64,000 nucleotides of DNA from Camelus ferus (GCF_009834535.1 NC_045697.1:1-64000), one strand, 5' to 3'; shown: positions 51,409 through 63,969, counted from the stretch's first letter. The notes: generated by a model not told the origin, from the letters alone. Translations and numbers: made by a program.

Positions 51409-54400
51409 CATAAATTCTCAAAGAAACAATGGGGATAAGTCATCATGACCTTGGATTTAGCAATTTTTTTAGATCTGATAGCAAATGCAAGCAAGGAAAG
51501 AAAAAAATAAATTGCCTTTCCTCAAAATTAAATACATTTGTACATCAAAGATGCTATCCAGAAACTGAAAGCACACAAAATCAAAGAAAATATTTGCACA
51601 TTATATACTTGAAAAAAAAATTATCAAGAATATATCAAGGACTTTCACAACTCATAAAAAGACAAAACAAACCCATTTTTTAATATGGTAAAAGGACTTA
51701 AATAGACCCTTCTCTATATGAGAACTAAAAAAAAATGTACAGTATATTGTATATATGCATTTACATGCAAAGTAATTTATATGCGCAGTCAAACAGTAAC
51801 AATTCTACCTAATAAAATGAAAAAGAAAAACACCACTAAATAAATAAAACTAATTTTTTTTTTTTACAATAGACCCTTCTCCAGACAGGACAAATAGTCA
51901 ACAAGCACATGAAAGGATGTTAAAAGTCAGCCGTGCTGGGAATGTAAATGAATACCACAATGCCATCCCTCCCAAGCACACTGGAAGCCCTGCAGTCAAG
52001 AAAACTAAAAACAATATTGACAAAAATGTAGAGACATTGAAACTTTTAAACATTACTTGAAAGATTGGAAAATCCTACAGCCCATGTTTCCAGTTTGTCA
52101 TTTCCTCAAACAGATAAAAATACAGTTACCTTATGGTTCAACAACTTCACTCCTAGATATAGACCCCAAAACATTAAAAACAGGTGTTCAAACAAAAAAA
52201 GGCACACACATATTCACAGCAGCACTACGCGCAATGGCCCCGAAGGTAGAACAATTGAAATGTCCATCAAAGGCTAAACAGATAAACAACAGGGTACATC
52301 CATAAACTGCCATGTTATTCTGCCATATGAAGGGCTAAAATGGTGCAGCCACGGCGGAGAACCATATAGGAGTTCCTCAAAAACTTACACTTGGGGTTGA
52401 CGTGTGATCCACCAATGCCACTTCAGGATATATGTTCAAAATATTCAAAAGCAGGAACTGGAATAGAAATGGGTACACCCATATCCATGGCAGCACTAAT
52501 CACAACAGCAAAAGGTGGAAACAACTCACCTGTCCATCAGCGGGTGAATGGATAAACTACATGTGGTGTATGCACAGTGGGATACCGCACAGCCTTAAAA
52601 AGTCAGGAGATTATGACACATGCTGCAACGTGGATAAATCTTGAAGTCACTGTGCTAAGTGAAACAAGCCAGACACAGAAGGACAAATATTGCAGGACTC
52701 CCCTGGTACAAGGCACCCAGAGAAGTCAGATGCAGAGACAGAAACAGTGTCACTGCCAGGGGCTGAGGGGAGTCAGTGTTCACTGGACACAGGGCTTCAC
52801 TTGGGGAAAATGAGGAAGTTCTGGAGACGGATGGTGAGGCATCTGTACAACAATGTGAATTTAGTGAATACCATAGACCTGCATAGTTAAATGTTTAAAT
52901 GGTAAATGCTATGTTCTGTATTTTTAATGACAATGAAAAATGTGAGTGAATCAGTAATGATTCAAATTGGATACATTCTAAGTGAAAGGAGACACACAGA
53001 AGAGGGCACCCGGATCGTACTCACCTTGGGCCTTAAATCCACTAAGGGATGAAAAAGAGGGAAACTCTCAGTAACAGCTTCAGAAAAAGAAAACTGGCAC
53101 AGAATGGAAAAGGGATTTCCATAAGTTGGGGCGAAGGGGAAGGCTGAAGCGGGCCTGTGGATGGGGTTACAAGGTGAACCATACAATCTCTTCATTTGGG
53201 GTTTATGTGCTGGTTCCCTGGGGGAGTATCCCAGTGTTAGGTAAAACCCACTGGAGTGTTCCATGTGAGGTGGCAAATGCGAGTACTGCGTATAATGCTG
53301 TTTAAAGTATTTTATATGCAACTTTGTAAGAAAACTTTATAAGAAACTTTATTAGAAACTGTATTACTTTTGAAAACAACCATGGCAACACCACACCAAA
53401 AAAGCAGAGAAGACATCAGATTCCCTCATAGAGGCCCACCCTTAACGCGACCCAGTTCACTCAAAGTGCCGATGCTCGTCGCCCTTGCAGGAGTCCACGT
53501 GTAACTCAGAGGCACTGTGGGAAGATTAGGAGCCGCTGTGTCTCAGGTGCTGTGGGGGACCTGGATGGAGTCCAAACAGGGTGATTTCTGATTTCTAGTT
53601 TTCCACATCAAACCATCAAAAACTGTTAGAACTAATAAATCATTTCAGTAAAGCCACAAGGTACAAAATCAATACACAAAAATCAATTGTCTTTCTATAC
53701 ATTAATAATGAAACATCAGAAAGAGACATTTTTTAAAATCCCATTTACAGTTGCATCCAAAAAATACCTAGGAATAAATTTAACCAAGGGTGTGAAAGAC
53801 CTGCACACTGAAAATCCTAAGACACTGAGGAAGGAAACTGAACAGACACAAATAAGTGGAAGGATACCCTGTGCTCACGGACAGAACGAATTAATGTTTT
53901 TAAAATGCCCATTCTACCCAAGGCAGTGCTGAGACTCAAAGCAGGCACGTCAAATCACTGTGCCCCACACCAGAAAACAACAGAACATTGTGAATTGACT
54001 ATACTTCTATAAAATAAAATAAACTTCAGCGGCATTTTTCACAGAAACAGAACAAACATTCCTAACATTCACGTGGAAACACAAAGGACCCTGAACAGCT
54101 GAAGAGATTCTACAAAAGGGAAACGGGCTGGAGGCATCTCCCTCCCTGACTTCACACAGCCTTACAAAAGCACAGTCACCAAAAAGGTGTGGAATTGGCA
54201 CAACCACAGGGACATGGACCAGAGAGAGTCTGCAAACAAACCTACGGGGATATGGTCAGTTAAGTCACGAGAAAGGAGCCAGGAACCTGCACCGGGGAAA
54301 GGACAGTCCCCTCGATGAATGGTGCTGGGAAAACAGGACACCGCACGCCAAAGAAGGACACGGCACACTGTCTGCACCACACACAAAACCTGACTAAACC

Positions 54401-54639
54401 CCACAGCTTCCCACATCCAGCCCTTCCTCCGCCGGGGCCTCTGAGGAGGGCCTCCCCTCAGCCGTCAGCCCCTCACGGGAAGCTTCTCCTCACTTTCCCT
54501 CACTTTCCCTTCCTCCTCACCTTCCCTTCAGTGCAGCACCTCCTGCTGGATCCTGAGGAGACGGGGCTCCTGTCAGCGGGGACAAAACCCCCTGTTGTCC
54601 CGAAGCCCCGGCAGGTCCAGAGGAGATGCAGCCCCAGGC

Positions 54640-54800
54640 AGCTGCGCAGGACGCCAGATCCTCGGGCAGAACGCACGCGAGTTCCCGCCGCAGCTGAGGG
54701 AGGCGGGCTCCGGGCCCGGCCAGCCAATGGGAAAGCGCGGGCCCAGCCGCCCTCACAGCCAGCCGAGGCCCCGCCCCGACAGCGGCTCTGCTCAATCCTT
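54640..54800 (-). promoter_or_regulatory. Small CpG-rich promoter-like element (CCAAT box plus GC box)
   Basis: agCCAATg at 54724, ccccgcccc at 54769-54777, gggaggcggg at about 54698; locally CpG-rich inside a CpG-poor region; AAG|GTGAGG donor on the - strand at 54521/54520. Confidence 0.5.
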
Positions 54801-57274
54801 TACACTGGAAATTCAAACTGAAATAGAGCCAAATGTCCATAACTTCTCCAAATACTTAAGAAACAATCAGTTGGAAGCCATATGGAATGAAGTGAACGGG
54901 GACACAAACTTTAAACCTTACACCCTTGTTTGCTGAGCTTTCATGACAACCTGCCATAAGCGACTTCCTCCCTCCCCCAGGCCTTGCTTTTGTTTTCAGC
55001 TGAAGGTCATACTTCAGGTGATGCCTCTGGCCGTTTCAGGGAGGGAGTCAGTGTTCCTGGGTGTCTCCCCTGTATACAGGAGGTATACACGTTATTCAAC
55101 TTGCTTCTTTTTCTCCCTGTAATCTGTCTTATTAGGGGCTGGGGGGTGTCAACCAAGAACCTCGAAGGGGAGAGGGAGAACAGGTTTTCCTCCCACACAC
55201 ACGCAGTGGAATTCTCCTCAGCAACAGAAATTAAACCGTCAGCCCACAGAAAGGCACGGGTAAGTCTCACTTGTATGTTACTAAGTGAAAGAACCCATTC
55301 TGAGGAGGCTGCACACAGTAGGACCCCATTGATGACAATCATGGAAAAGGCAAAGCTATGTACATGAGCAGATCATGGGGTGGGGGTGGGGGGCTGAAGT
55401 GTTCCATGTCTTACTTTAGGATGGACACCTGTCACTATGCGTTTGTCTACACCCACACATTTGTACAGCCCAAAGTTCAATCGTAATCTACTCAGACTTA
55501 GTTGTTTAGGGTGTAGCAGCGTCACAGGATGGAACACACAGTGTGACACATAATCTATGAAATGTATTGGAAACGGGTGGAAAAAACAGTTGATGGTGGG
55601 GCAACAGGTGCTGACCTAAGTTAACTCTGGAAATGAACAGGCTTTCTTCTGCAGAGGCAGAACGGACCGCTGTTAACCTGTGGGCTTTCTACTATAAAGT
55701 GCTTTCCGGGGTGTAGTAGTTAACAATTCTGAAATCCATTCTGTGCACATAACCTGCAACAGAGAAATTGGTTGATAAAGGGCAGGTGGTGGGAGCCAGG
55801 CTCCTCGCTGTGGGAATGGGAATCACAGACAAGCAAAGGGAGAGCCTTGGCCCTCGTGCTCCTGGATCTGAGCTTCCTGGATGGATGGTGTGGGGAATGG
55901 AATTGGAGGGGGAAGGCACGGCTCTTTGCCCTGGGAAAGCCCTACCGATGTAGGAACCTCACACCCCTTTCTTCTCCCCATACCTGCTGGAAACACTCAG
56001 ACCCCCAAAATCAGCCAATGCAGCTTTTAAGACAGTCTCACCCTCAGGCAGATAAAGGAGTGTGAGGGTCTTGCACTACCCACAAGCTGTCCCAGAATCC
56101 AGGCACCAGAGGGTGGAGTCAGGACGGGGTACCTGGATCTCTGGCCAGCATGTCAGAGCAAGGAAGAAGACCAGTCCTGACGGCAGGGGTCTCCTAAAGT
56201 CTGTGAGCCCAGTGCCCTGATGGGGTTCATTCCCTGTGGGGACACTGGCGGGACCTGCAGTGGTTCTGTTTTCCACCTGAGCCCCTTGGATGAAGCCAGG
56301 GCTGCAATGGGCTCAGGGCTCTCCTGGTGGTGTTTCAAACTCTGACACAGTGGTTTCACAAAGGAACAGGAGCGTGAAGCTGAGCACCTGACAGCCACTC
56401 CTCTCCAGCTCTGAGCTGCTCACATCAGGACCACAGTCCCCTGCATGGAGTCTGCTGTAACCCACCTGCCCCCACTCAGCCTCTCCCCTTCCACCCTGTA
56501 CCCCTCTCCCAGGTCAGATGCATCTGTATTACCACTACATCCTCCTCTAACCTTGAGGCTAAGAGACCCCTCACAGGACTATGATCCTGCCACTTCCCAC
56601 ACCCCATGAGGCAGCCCTGCATCCCCTGGTTGCTGAGCCCAGACACCTGGGGCCTCCCAGTCCCCCACTTTCCTTGTGCCCCGTTGACTGTCAGCTCCTC
56701 CTCCAGAGTCTATGGCCAGTCCCCACAGTACTTCCCCTCTACAGCCCTGGCCCAAGCTGGATGTTGTGCCCGGCTCCTCCATCAGGCCCTGACAAAACTC
56801 CTGCCCCAACAGTGCATCTCACATCCCATCCCAACTTTCTGAAGAATCAATGAGATGGTGGCTCCCTCCCACCTGTAATCCTCCAAAGTTTCCCCACTCT
56901 GGCTGGGCTGTCTGCTTGGAGAGACGTCCGCCAGGGCCATGAGGGTCCCCAGCACCCCCGCTAGGCTGCTGGCTCCTGGGTTCCCTGACACTGAGCACCT
57001 CAGCAGGCCAGGTGACACAGCCTGAAACCCCACAGCTGCTCACCTCAGGAGGGACTGGCACTGCAGCTGCTTCATTAAAGAGAGCAGAGAAGGGCTCCCC
57101 AGCTGAGACACAAACAGTCCTCCTTTGTCTTTACTGTTTAAAATCAAATCCCTCTCTCCACGAGGGCGAGAAGCTGATCTGTGATCTAAGTTCCTGCTTC
57201 TCCAGTCTTTGACCACTGAATAAAGCTGTGCTGCATGGATATCAGCTTCAGTCTTGTTTTTGGCTGCACAAACC

Positions 57275-58070
57275 CAAACTAGCATCTATTCTACACTTTC
57301 TTTTAATTATTCTAATTCTTGTCCTTTTACTAATAATAAACATATTATAACCTCCTGAAATGAAGAGTCTTTGTCATGTATTTACTACCCTGGTCCTGTA
57401 GACTCGAAAAGGAGAACATACCTCCCTGAGACTCCAGAGAGAAGCTCCAGCTCCACCTTCAGCTTCCAAGTTTGAGGTTCCACTTAAACTACTCCCTGAA
57501 CAGCTTTCTTACCTTGTTCCTTGAGTGCTGTCTCTAAGGGCTGTGTGAGTGTGAGAAAATGACACCACGAAAACGAACATCGCTGTGTACCTGGTGCGCT
57601 ACGTGCCCTTCCACCCACAGAAGCGCAGTACAGACGCTTCACCACACGTAACACTGATACGTATAATGGGGAACTAATCAGCTAACCCACGTGCATACGC
57701 GTGCACGCCAGCCTATTGCTATTACAGGACACAGTAAACAGTTCAATCCATATTAGATTCCAGTGCCTACAAACATCGCCAGGGGTAACTGAAGTGACCG
57801 ATATTACATAGAACATATGTTTACTAATCATACTACCACACTGAGTGCAAACATTTCCAGTCAGCATGCTTATCATCACCGATAACCAGCGCTTAATCAT
57901 CAAGCCTCGATAAGCCATCAGCCCGCCCACAAACCTGCCTCTCTCCTCATTCTGGGCCCATGATCTGTGGGAATTTCTGCAAATGAACTGTAACTGGCAT
58001 CTGGTTCTTACTTCAGGGCCCTCTCACCTAAAACTGCCCACTTGCCCCCTTAAATAAGACATCTCAATGG
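57275..58070 (+). pseudogene. Second NUMT: CYTB 3' end, tRNA-Thr, tRNA-Pro, D-loop 5' and central domain
   Basis: aactagcatctattcta...cctgaaatgaaga (CYTB end, 57366), gtctttgt...ccctggtcctgta...ggagaac (Thr), gaagctccagctccacc...cttaaactactccctg (Pro), ctggcatctggttcttacttcagggcc...ttaaataagacatctcaatgg (central conserved domain). Confidence 0.93.
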
Positions 58071-59060
58071 TGTTTTCCACAGTAATAAAAACAAATCACC
58101 CTAATATTTGTGTGGATACACAAAGGACCCCAAATAGCCAAAGCGACCCTGAGAAAGGAGAACAAGCTGGAGGCATCTCCCTCCCTGACTTCACACTACA
58201 GCACGAAGCTACTCACGAAAACAGCGTGGAATTGGCACAAAAACAGGCATGTGGACCAGAGGAACAGAGAGAAACAAACCCATGATGACAAGGTCAGTTA
58301 AGGTATGACAAAAGAGCTTATAAACACGAGAGGAAAGGATGGTCCCCACAAGCAGCAGTGCTGGGCACCACATGCTGTCTACACTGCACACAAAACTGGT
58401 AACACCTGGTTTTACACACCAAGCCCTTCCTGGTTGTCTGAAGCCCACCCCCACCCCACTCCAAGCCATCACCCGTGCACAGGGAGCTTCTCCCCATCTT
58501 TCTTCACCTGTACCTCCCGGCAGTGCCTGGATCATTGGGAAATCTAGCTCCTGTCCACGTGGATGCTGCCCCATCTGGCCCTGAAGTTGCAGTACTCGTG
58601 GGTCCCAAGGAGACTGAGCTCCTGCTGCATAGATGCTGACCTGCCACGTGACCCAAACTGCAGCCCCAGAGGTAAATGAGCAGACAAAGTCCCCTCAGTT
58701 GCACTCAGAGCCACTTATTCAAAATCATAGAAGAAAACAGAAGAGAATTGACACGAGCTTGGGTTTGGTCATGTACATCATGAGCTTTGAGTGTTAACCC
58801 AACACAAGAAGGCAATCCAGAAAGAAACTCAAGGAATATCATGAACTTTATAAAATTAAAGATTTCTACTCTGTGAAAGACCTTATTCAGAAAATCTAGA
58901 CAGGTCAAAAACTGGGAGAAAAAGAGTTGCAAACACATATCTAATAAAGGATTTGTCTCAAAATACATAAAGAATTCTAACACAGACAACCCCATTAAAA
59001 ATAGGGAAAGACCTAAGTAGACACCTGGCCAAAGAAGATATACAGATAGTATACCAAAAT
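58071..59060 (+). repeat. Fourth, 5'-truncated copy of the composite L1/unique module
   Basis: ggaggcatctccctccctgacttc at 58169, gagcttctccccatcttt at 58484, then the same L1 ORF2 piece (gtgaaagaccttattcag) seen in the other copies. Confidence 0.7.
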
Positions 59061-59339
59061 ACACCCGGGACTCAGGGTGGGGTGGGGAGGAGGTGCAGAA
59101 AAAACACTGTTCAGCTCAACTCCCTGAGTCATATGTGACCCAGGACTCGTCCTATCCTTCCTGGAGGCCTCAGATAGATGGATAGGGAGGAAGGGGAAGA
59201 GGGCCAGTTATGCTTAAATCTAACTCTATCCCTGACCCATCTTGCACCTTCATTCGACATGGTCTAAGGAGTCCGAGCCATAGTAAATAGATGAAAAAAA
59301 AAAAAAGAAAAGAAAAGAAAGAAAGAAAGAAAGAAATCT

Positions 59340-61340
59340 GATGGCAGAAGAAAAAGTAAATCTGTCACTGTTTGTAGATGGCATGATACTCTGTATAGAA
59401 AACCCTGAAGATGACACAGAAAAACAAATAGAACTCATCAGAAAATTCAATTAAGTTGCAGGATACAAAATTAACCCACAGAACTTATTTCCATCTCTAT
59501 ACACTTTAGCAAATGAGCAAACTAGCAAATGAGAAATTAAGAAAACAACCCCACTGACAATGAACTGGACAAAAGTAAAATACCTAGGAGTACACCTAAC
59601 CCAGCAGGTACCGAGCTGCACCCAGAAAACTGGGAGGCACTGATAAAAGAAACTGAAGACGACACAAACAACGGAAAGGTACACTGTGTTTGTGGACTGG
59701 AAGAAGTGGCACTGTTAAAAGGACCCCAGGCTCCAAGGCAATCTAGAGATTCGATGCCAATCCTAGCAACACACCAATGGAATTCTTAAGAGAACCAGAA
59801 CAAAGAATTCCAAACTGTGTGAACGTGAACAATCCATACAATCTTAAGAAAGAAGCACAAACCTTTCATATCTCACTCCCTGGTGCCAAACTCTACTACA
59901 ATCCTAGAATCATCCACACAGTATGGTACTGGCACAGAAGAAATGCACATAAATTCACAGAACAGAATTCAGAGCCCAGAAATAAACCCATGCTTGTGTG
60001 GTCAATTCATCTATGACAAAGGAGGTGAGAATATACAATGGGGGAAAGACAGCATCTTCCATAAGTGGCTTTGGGAAAACTGGACAGTTACATGCACAGG
60101 AATCAAACTGGAACCCTTTCTCATACCATCTACAAAGACAACCTCAAAGTGAATCGAATACTTCAATGTAGGACCTGAAGCCACAAAACTCCTAGAAGAA
60201 AACACAGGCAGTAAGCTCTTTCACATCAGTCTTAGCAATATTCTTTTGGATCTGTCTCCTCAAGCAAGAGAAACAAAAGCAAAATAAACCAATGGGAAAT
60301 CATCCAGCTGAAAAGCTTTTGAACAACAAAGAAACCATTCCCAAAATGAAAAGGCTGAATGTGAAAAAACATTCACAAAAAATGCATCTGAAAGAGGTTC
60401 ACATTCCAAAACAGACCAACTAAAAACTCACACAACTCAACCACCAAAAACCAAAAAAAAGCCTAATTAAAAAATTGGCAGAAGATCGAATCTTTTTCCA
60501 CAGAGTATATGCAGATGGCCAATGGACACATGAAAAGATGATCAATACTACTCATCATCAAAGAAATGCACATGAAAACCACAAGGAGATGATCTCCAAA
60601 CAACCGAAAGAATGCCCATCATCCAAAGACAACGAATGACAAGCACCAGTGAGGAGGTGGAGGAAAGGAAATCCACATGCACTTTTGTTTGGAACGTCCA
60701 TTGTTACAGCCACTATGACAAACAGTATGAAGGGTCCTCAAAAAATTGAAAATAAAACTAACATATGACGCAGGAATTACACTTTGGGGTATCTTTATTA
60801 ATATATATATATTTTTTTTTACCTCACACACACACAAAATGGAAAATGACTTAGCCAAAAAAAGAATGGAATCTTGTGACAACATGAATGAACCTAGAGG
60901 GTATAATGCTAAGTGACCTGTATCAGACAGGGAGAGATAACTTATGGTGTCACTTTTCTGTAGAATCTACACAACACAACAAATGAACAAAGAGGAAAAC
61001 AGAAACGGACTCATAGATCCCAAGAACATGCTAGTGGTTGCAGAGGAGAGAGGGCTGGGGGCATGAGCGCAACAGGTGAGAAAGACCAACACACACAAAC
61101 TTCCAGTCACACAACAAATGTCACGGGAATGCCATGTGCAGCATAGGGAATAGGGTCCATAACACTGTGCTGACATTGTATGGTGACCAGTGGTCACTAG
61201 ACTCACCGTGGTGATCATCTGGCCACATATAGAAATACCAAATCACTATGTTGTATACCAGAAAACTAATATAATACTGCCTGTCTTTTATACATCAATT
61301 TTTTTAAAAGAAGAAAAACCACTATTTTTTTAAAAAAGAA
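59340..61340 (+). mobile_element. LINE-1 ORF2 3' part plus 3'UTR (5'-truncated)
   Basis: Translated remnants NRIQSPEINP, GQFIYDKG, IFHKWLWENW; L1 3'UTR and A-rich tail near 61310-61340. Confidence 0.9.
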
Positions 61341-61499
61341 AGATGTGTAATGAGATAAAACGCAGATGTCAGATAAAACTTTAAAAGGATGTAGGTTGAA
61401 AAACGAGGTCATCTGAAGTTCTACTCTCACGTGGCCCGGACAAACGAAGGACTCGAAGAGGAGCAGCCATGGGACACTACTGGAGTGTGTGTTTCTTTG

Positions 61500-62290
61500 T
61501 TTAAACAGGCTTTATTTTTTAAAAGACGTTTTGAGCTCACCACAAAGTTGGGTCCCACACACCCCCTGCTCTGCTCTTGCTGCTCCCTTCAACCCACCCC
61601 CCAATCCCAGACACACACTCAGGTGCTAGAGCCTCCTGCCCCCAGCTTTCCTGTCAACATTCTGTGTGTTGGTCACGACTGCTGAGCCCACATGGACACA
61701 TCGTGATCACCAGGGCCCAGAGTTTGCATCAGGGTCCACTCCTGGTGGTGCACAACCTATCAGTCCCATCAAACACATCTCACCACAAAACCATCACACT
61801 GCATAGTGTCGCTGCCTTAAAAATCCTCTGTGCTTGGCCAGTCTATCAGCCCCTGCCCTCCACCCCACAGCAAACCCCTGGCAATGCACTGATCATTCCA
61901 ACCCTTTCCATGGTTTGCCTTCTCTCCTATGTCATACGTAGTTGGGACCCTAAGATGTGCCCCCTTTCCAGACTGGCTTCTCTTACTGAGTAACAGGCAT
62001 TTAAGGTGCCCCACCTGTCTCCCCATGGCTCAACAGATCTCTCACTTCTTTTTGTTTCTGAGGAATATTCTGTTGCATGCGTGCAGCCCAATCCACGTGT
62101 CCATTCACCTCCTGAAGGACATCTTGGTTGCTTCCAGCTTTCTGGCAGGTATGAAGAAAGCTGCCCTAAATGTCCTGGTGCAGGTTTCTGTGTAGATGTA
62201 AGCATTTGACCCATTTGGGTCCATTGATACCAAGGAGTTGGAGGACTGGATCATATGGTAAGGATGCATTTCATCTTGAAAGACCCAGCC
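61500..62290 (-). mobile_element. Old LINE-1 (L1M) 3' fragment, antisense
   Basis: ccattcacctcctgaaggacatcttggttgcttccag and ctggatcatatggtaagg are reverse-complement L1 3' landmarks. Confidence 0.75.
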
Positions 62291-62394
62291 TATCTTCACA
62301 GAGACCCTGAAGGTGGTCGCTGAGAGCATGTCGGCATCCTGAGGAGTCAAGCCAAGGAAAGAGGTTAATTTCAAAGATGCCAGTAAGAAGGACG

Positions 62395-63010
62395 TCGCAG
62401 AGACAAAACCACCCCTCCACCCTCACAGAGCTGACAGCTCGTCCTGAGAATTAAATGCACATGAGACAGACTCACAGGAGAGAAGCAGACACACTTATTA
62501 CCCCTAAGTTTTACATGACCTGGGCCGTCCTGCTAAGGAGGTGAAGGAATACCCAGAGAAGTGGCAAAACCTAAATGCTTTCCTGTTGGGCTGAACAGAG
62601 AGAGGGGATTGTGGGAGAGGAACTGCACCACGTGGGGAGGCTGAGGAGGATGAGAATCACGGTCAACAAGGTCCGTGTGTACAGAATTCGCTCTTTCTCA
62701 TCTTTCCACCCTGAATGAGAACACTGTCACTCTCCTGCTAGGAGGAGGGAGGACGTCTCCCATGGGGGTGGGGGTGGGGGCGGGGGATGGATGTGTTGTC
62801 TCCTGCTGCCAGGAAGACGGAGGGGAAAGCTCCGCACGTCCCTCTTCACCTGTTTTGCGGGAGATGGAGTCGTTTGTTTTCTCTTTGCTGTTTTCTCTGT
62901 AAAAGTATCCAAAGCTATAAACAATGCTCAGGCTTCCTTCATCTCTGAGTCCTGTCCCTGGGGTTTGGCCTCGCACAGGAGGTGGGACACGTTCTTCTGA
63001 CATGAAGGGG
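62395..63010 (-). mobile_element. Probable ERV1-type solo LTR (similar element at about 49795-50200)
   Basis: gagaattaaatgcacatgagacagactcacaggagagaa...taagttttacatgac pattern typical of MER4/MER41-group LTRs; family not assigned. Confidence 0.5.
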
Positions 63011-63947
63011 CTGGGCAGGCAGACAGGGACAGGGTGGGTGAGGGCCCAGGCTTGTTCTTTTCTCATGTGTTGGGAAGATGATTCTGCTCTTGCCAGATGG
63101 GATCCACTTTCTCCATTAATGATCTGGCAAGGTATCAGCTGAAAAGAGGAAGAGCCAAGGTCAGAACAGGGAGAAGCTGGTGATAGATGCTGGGGTCTCC
63201 TGAGCAACGACTGTCGGAGGCACATGCACATCCCTGTCTCTGGGCCACCGCGTTCACGGCCGATTTGGTGTGCAGGTGACTGAATGTACGGTGCTATCAT
63301 TGGCCCACTTTGGGGTGTTGTCTCCAGCTCACCTGAGCGGTGCCAACCTGCCAACTAAGATGGGGCTCATCCAGGGGTGGCATTGTGCCACAGAAGGGAG
63401 AAGCAGAAAGTACTTGAGCTTAAGTGACTTGTAAAAGAGTGACTCTCTGAAGTGGCTGAGGGAGGAGACCAGCTGGGTATCTCTTTGTTTGTTGGAAATT
63501 GGGGCTGGATGTTGTTTATTTGCTGGCTGTGGTAAATAACTCTCCAAGTGGAGGTGTCTGTACAAAGGGTCTAGCAGGATGGGAGAGTGAGGGTCAGTCC
63601 TGGTGCCAAGAAATTCCAAGAATTTGTAGTAGCTCAGACTCAGGCCTTTTCTCAGAAATAGGCAGAGAGGGGAGTTGGCTTTGGTCATCGTAAAGCTAAC
63701 TGGCTCCTCAGCATTCACAACAGAAGGTTCCCAGTATGAACTGATTTGCAGGAGCCAGCGTGTCTGCAGTGCTCAGCCCTCACCCTCAGCCCCCAGGTGG
63801 TGCACCTTTCATAGGAGAGATGTCACAGGGAGACAGAGAGGATGTGGACAGTGTCTCTCTTACATGGGTCATTTCTTCAATAACATGAATTCAAAACAAT
63901 CAATACGTCATTCAGGCATCTTTAGAAATGACCTGCCCTGGGCTCTA

Positions 63948-63969
63948 ACAACACACACACACACACACA
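63948..63969. repeat. (CA)n microsatellite
   Basis: About 10 CA units. Confidence 0.85.

Larger units (their letters stand above)
42521..55830 (+). repeat. Array of diverged composite duplication modules built from L1 fragments, unique spacers and LTR pieces
   Basis: Shared anchors recur at 43886/46884/53402 (agcagagaa...catca), 44557/47561/54130 (ggaggcatctccctccct) and 44916/47918/54480 (aagc.tctcc.c.cttt). Confidence 0.75.
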
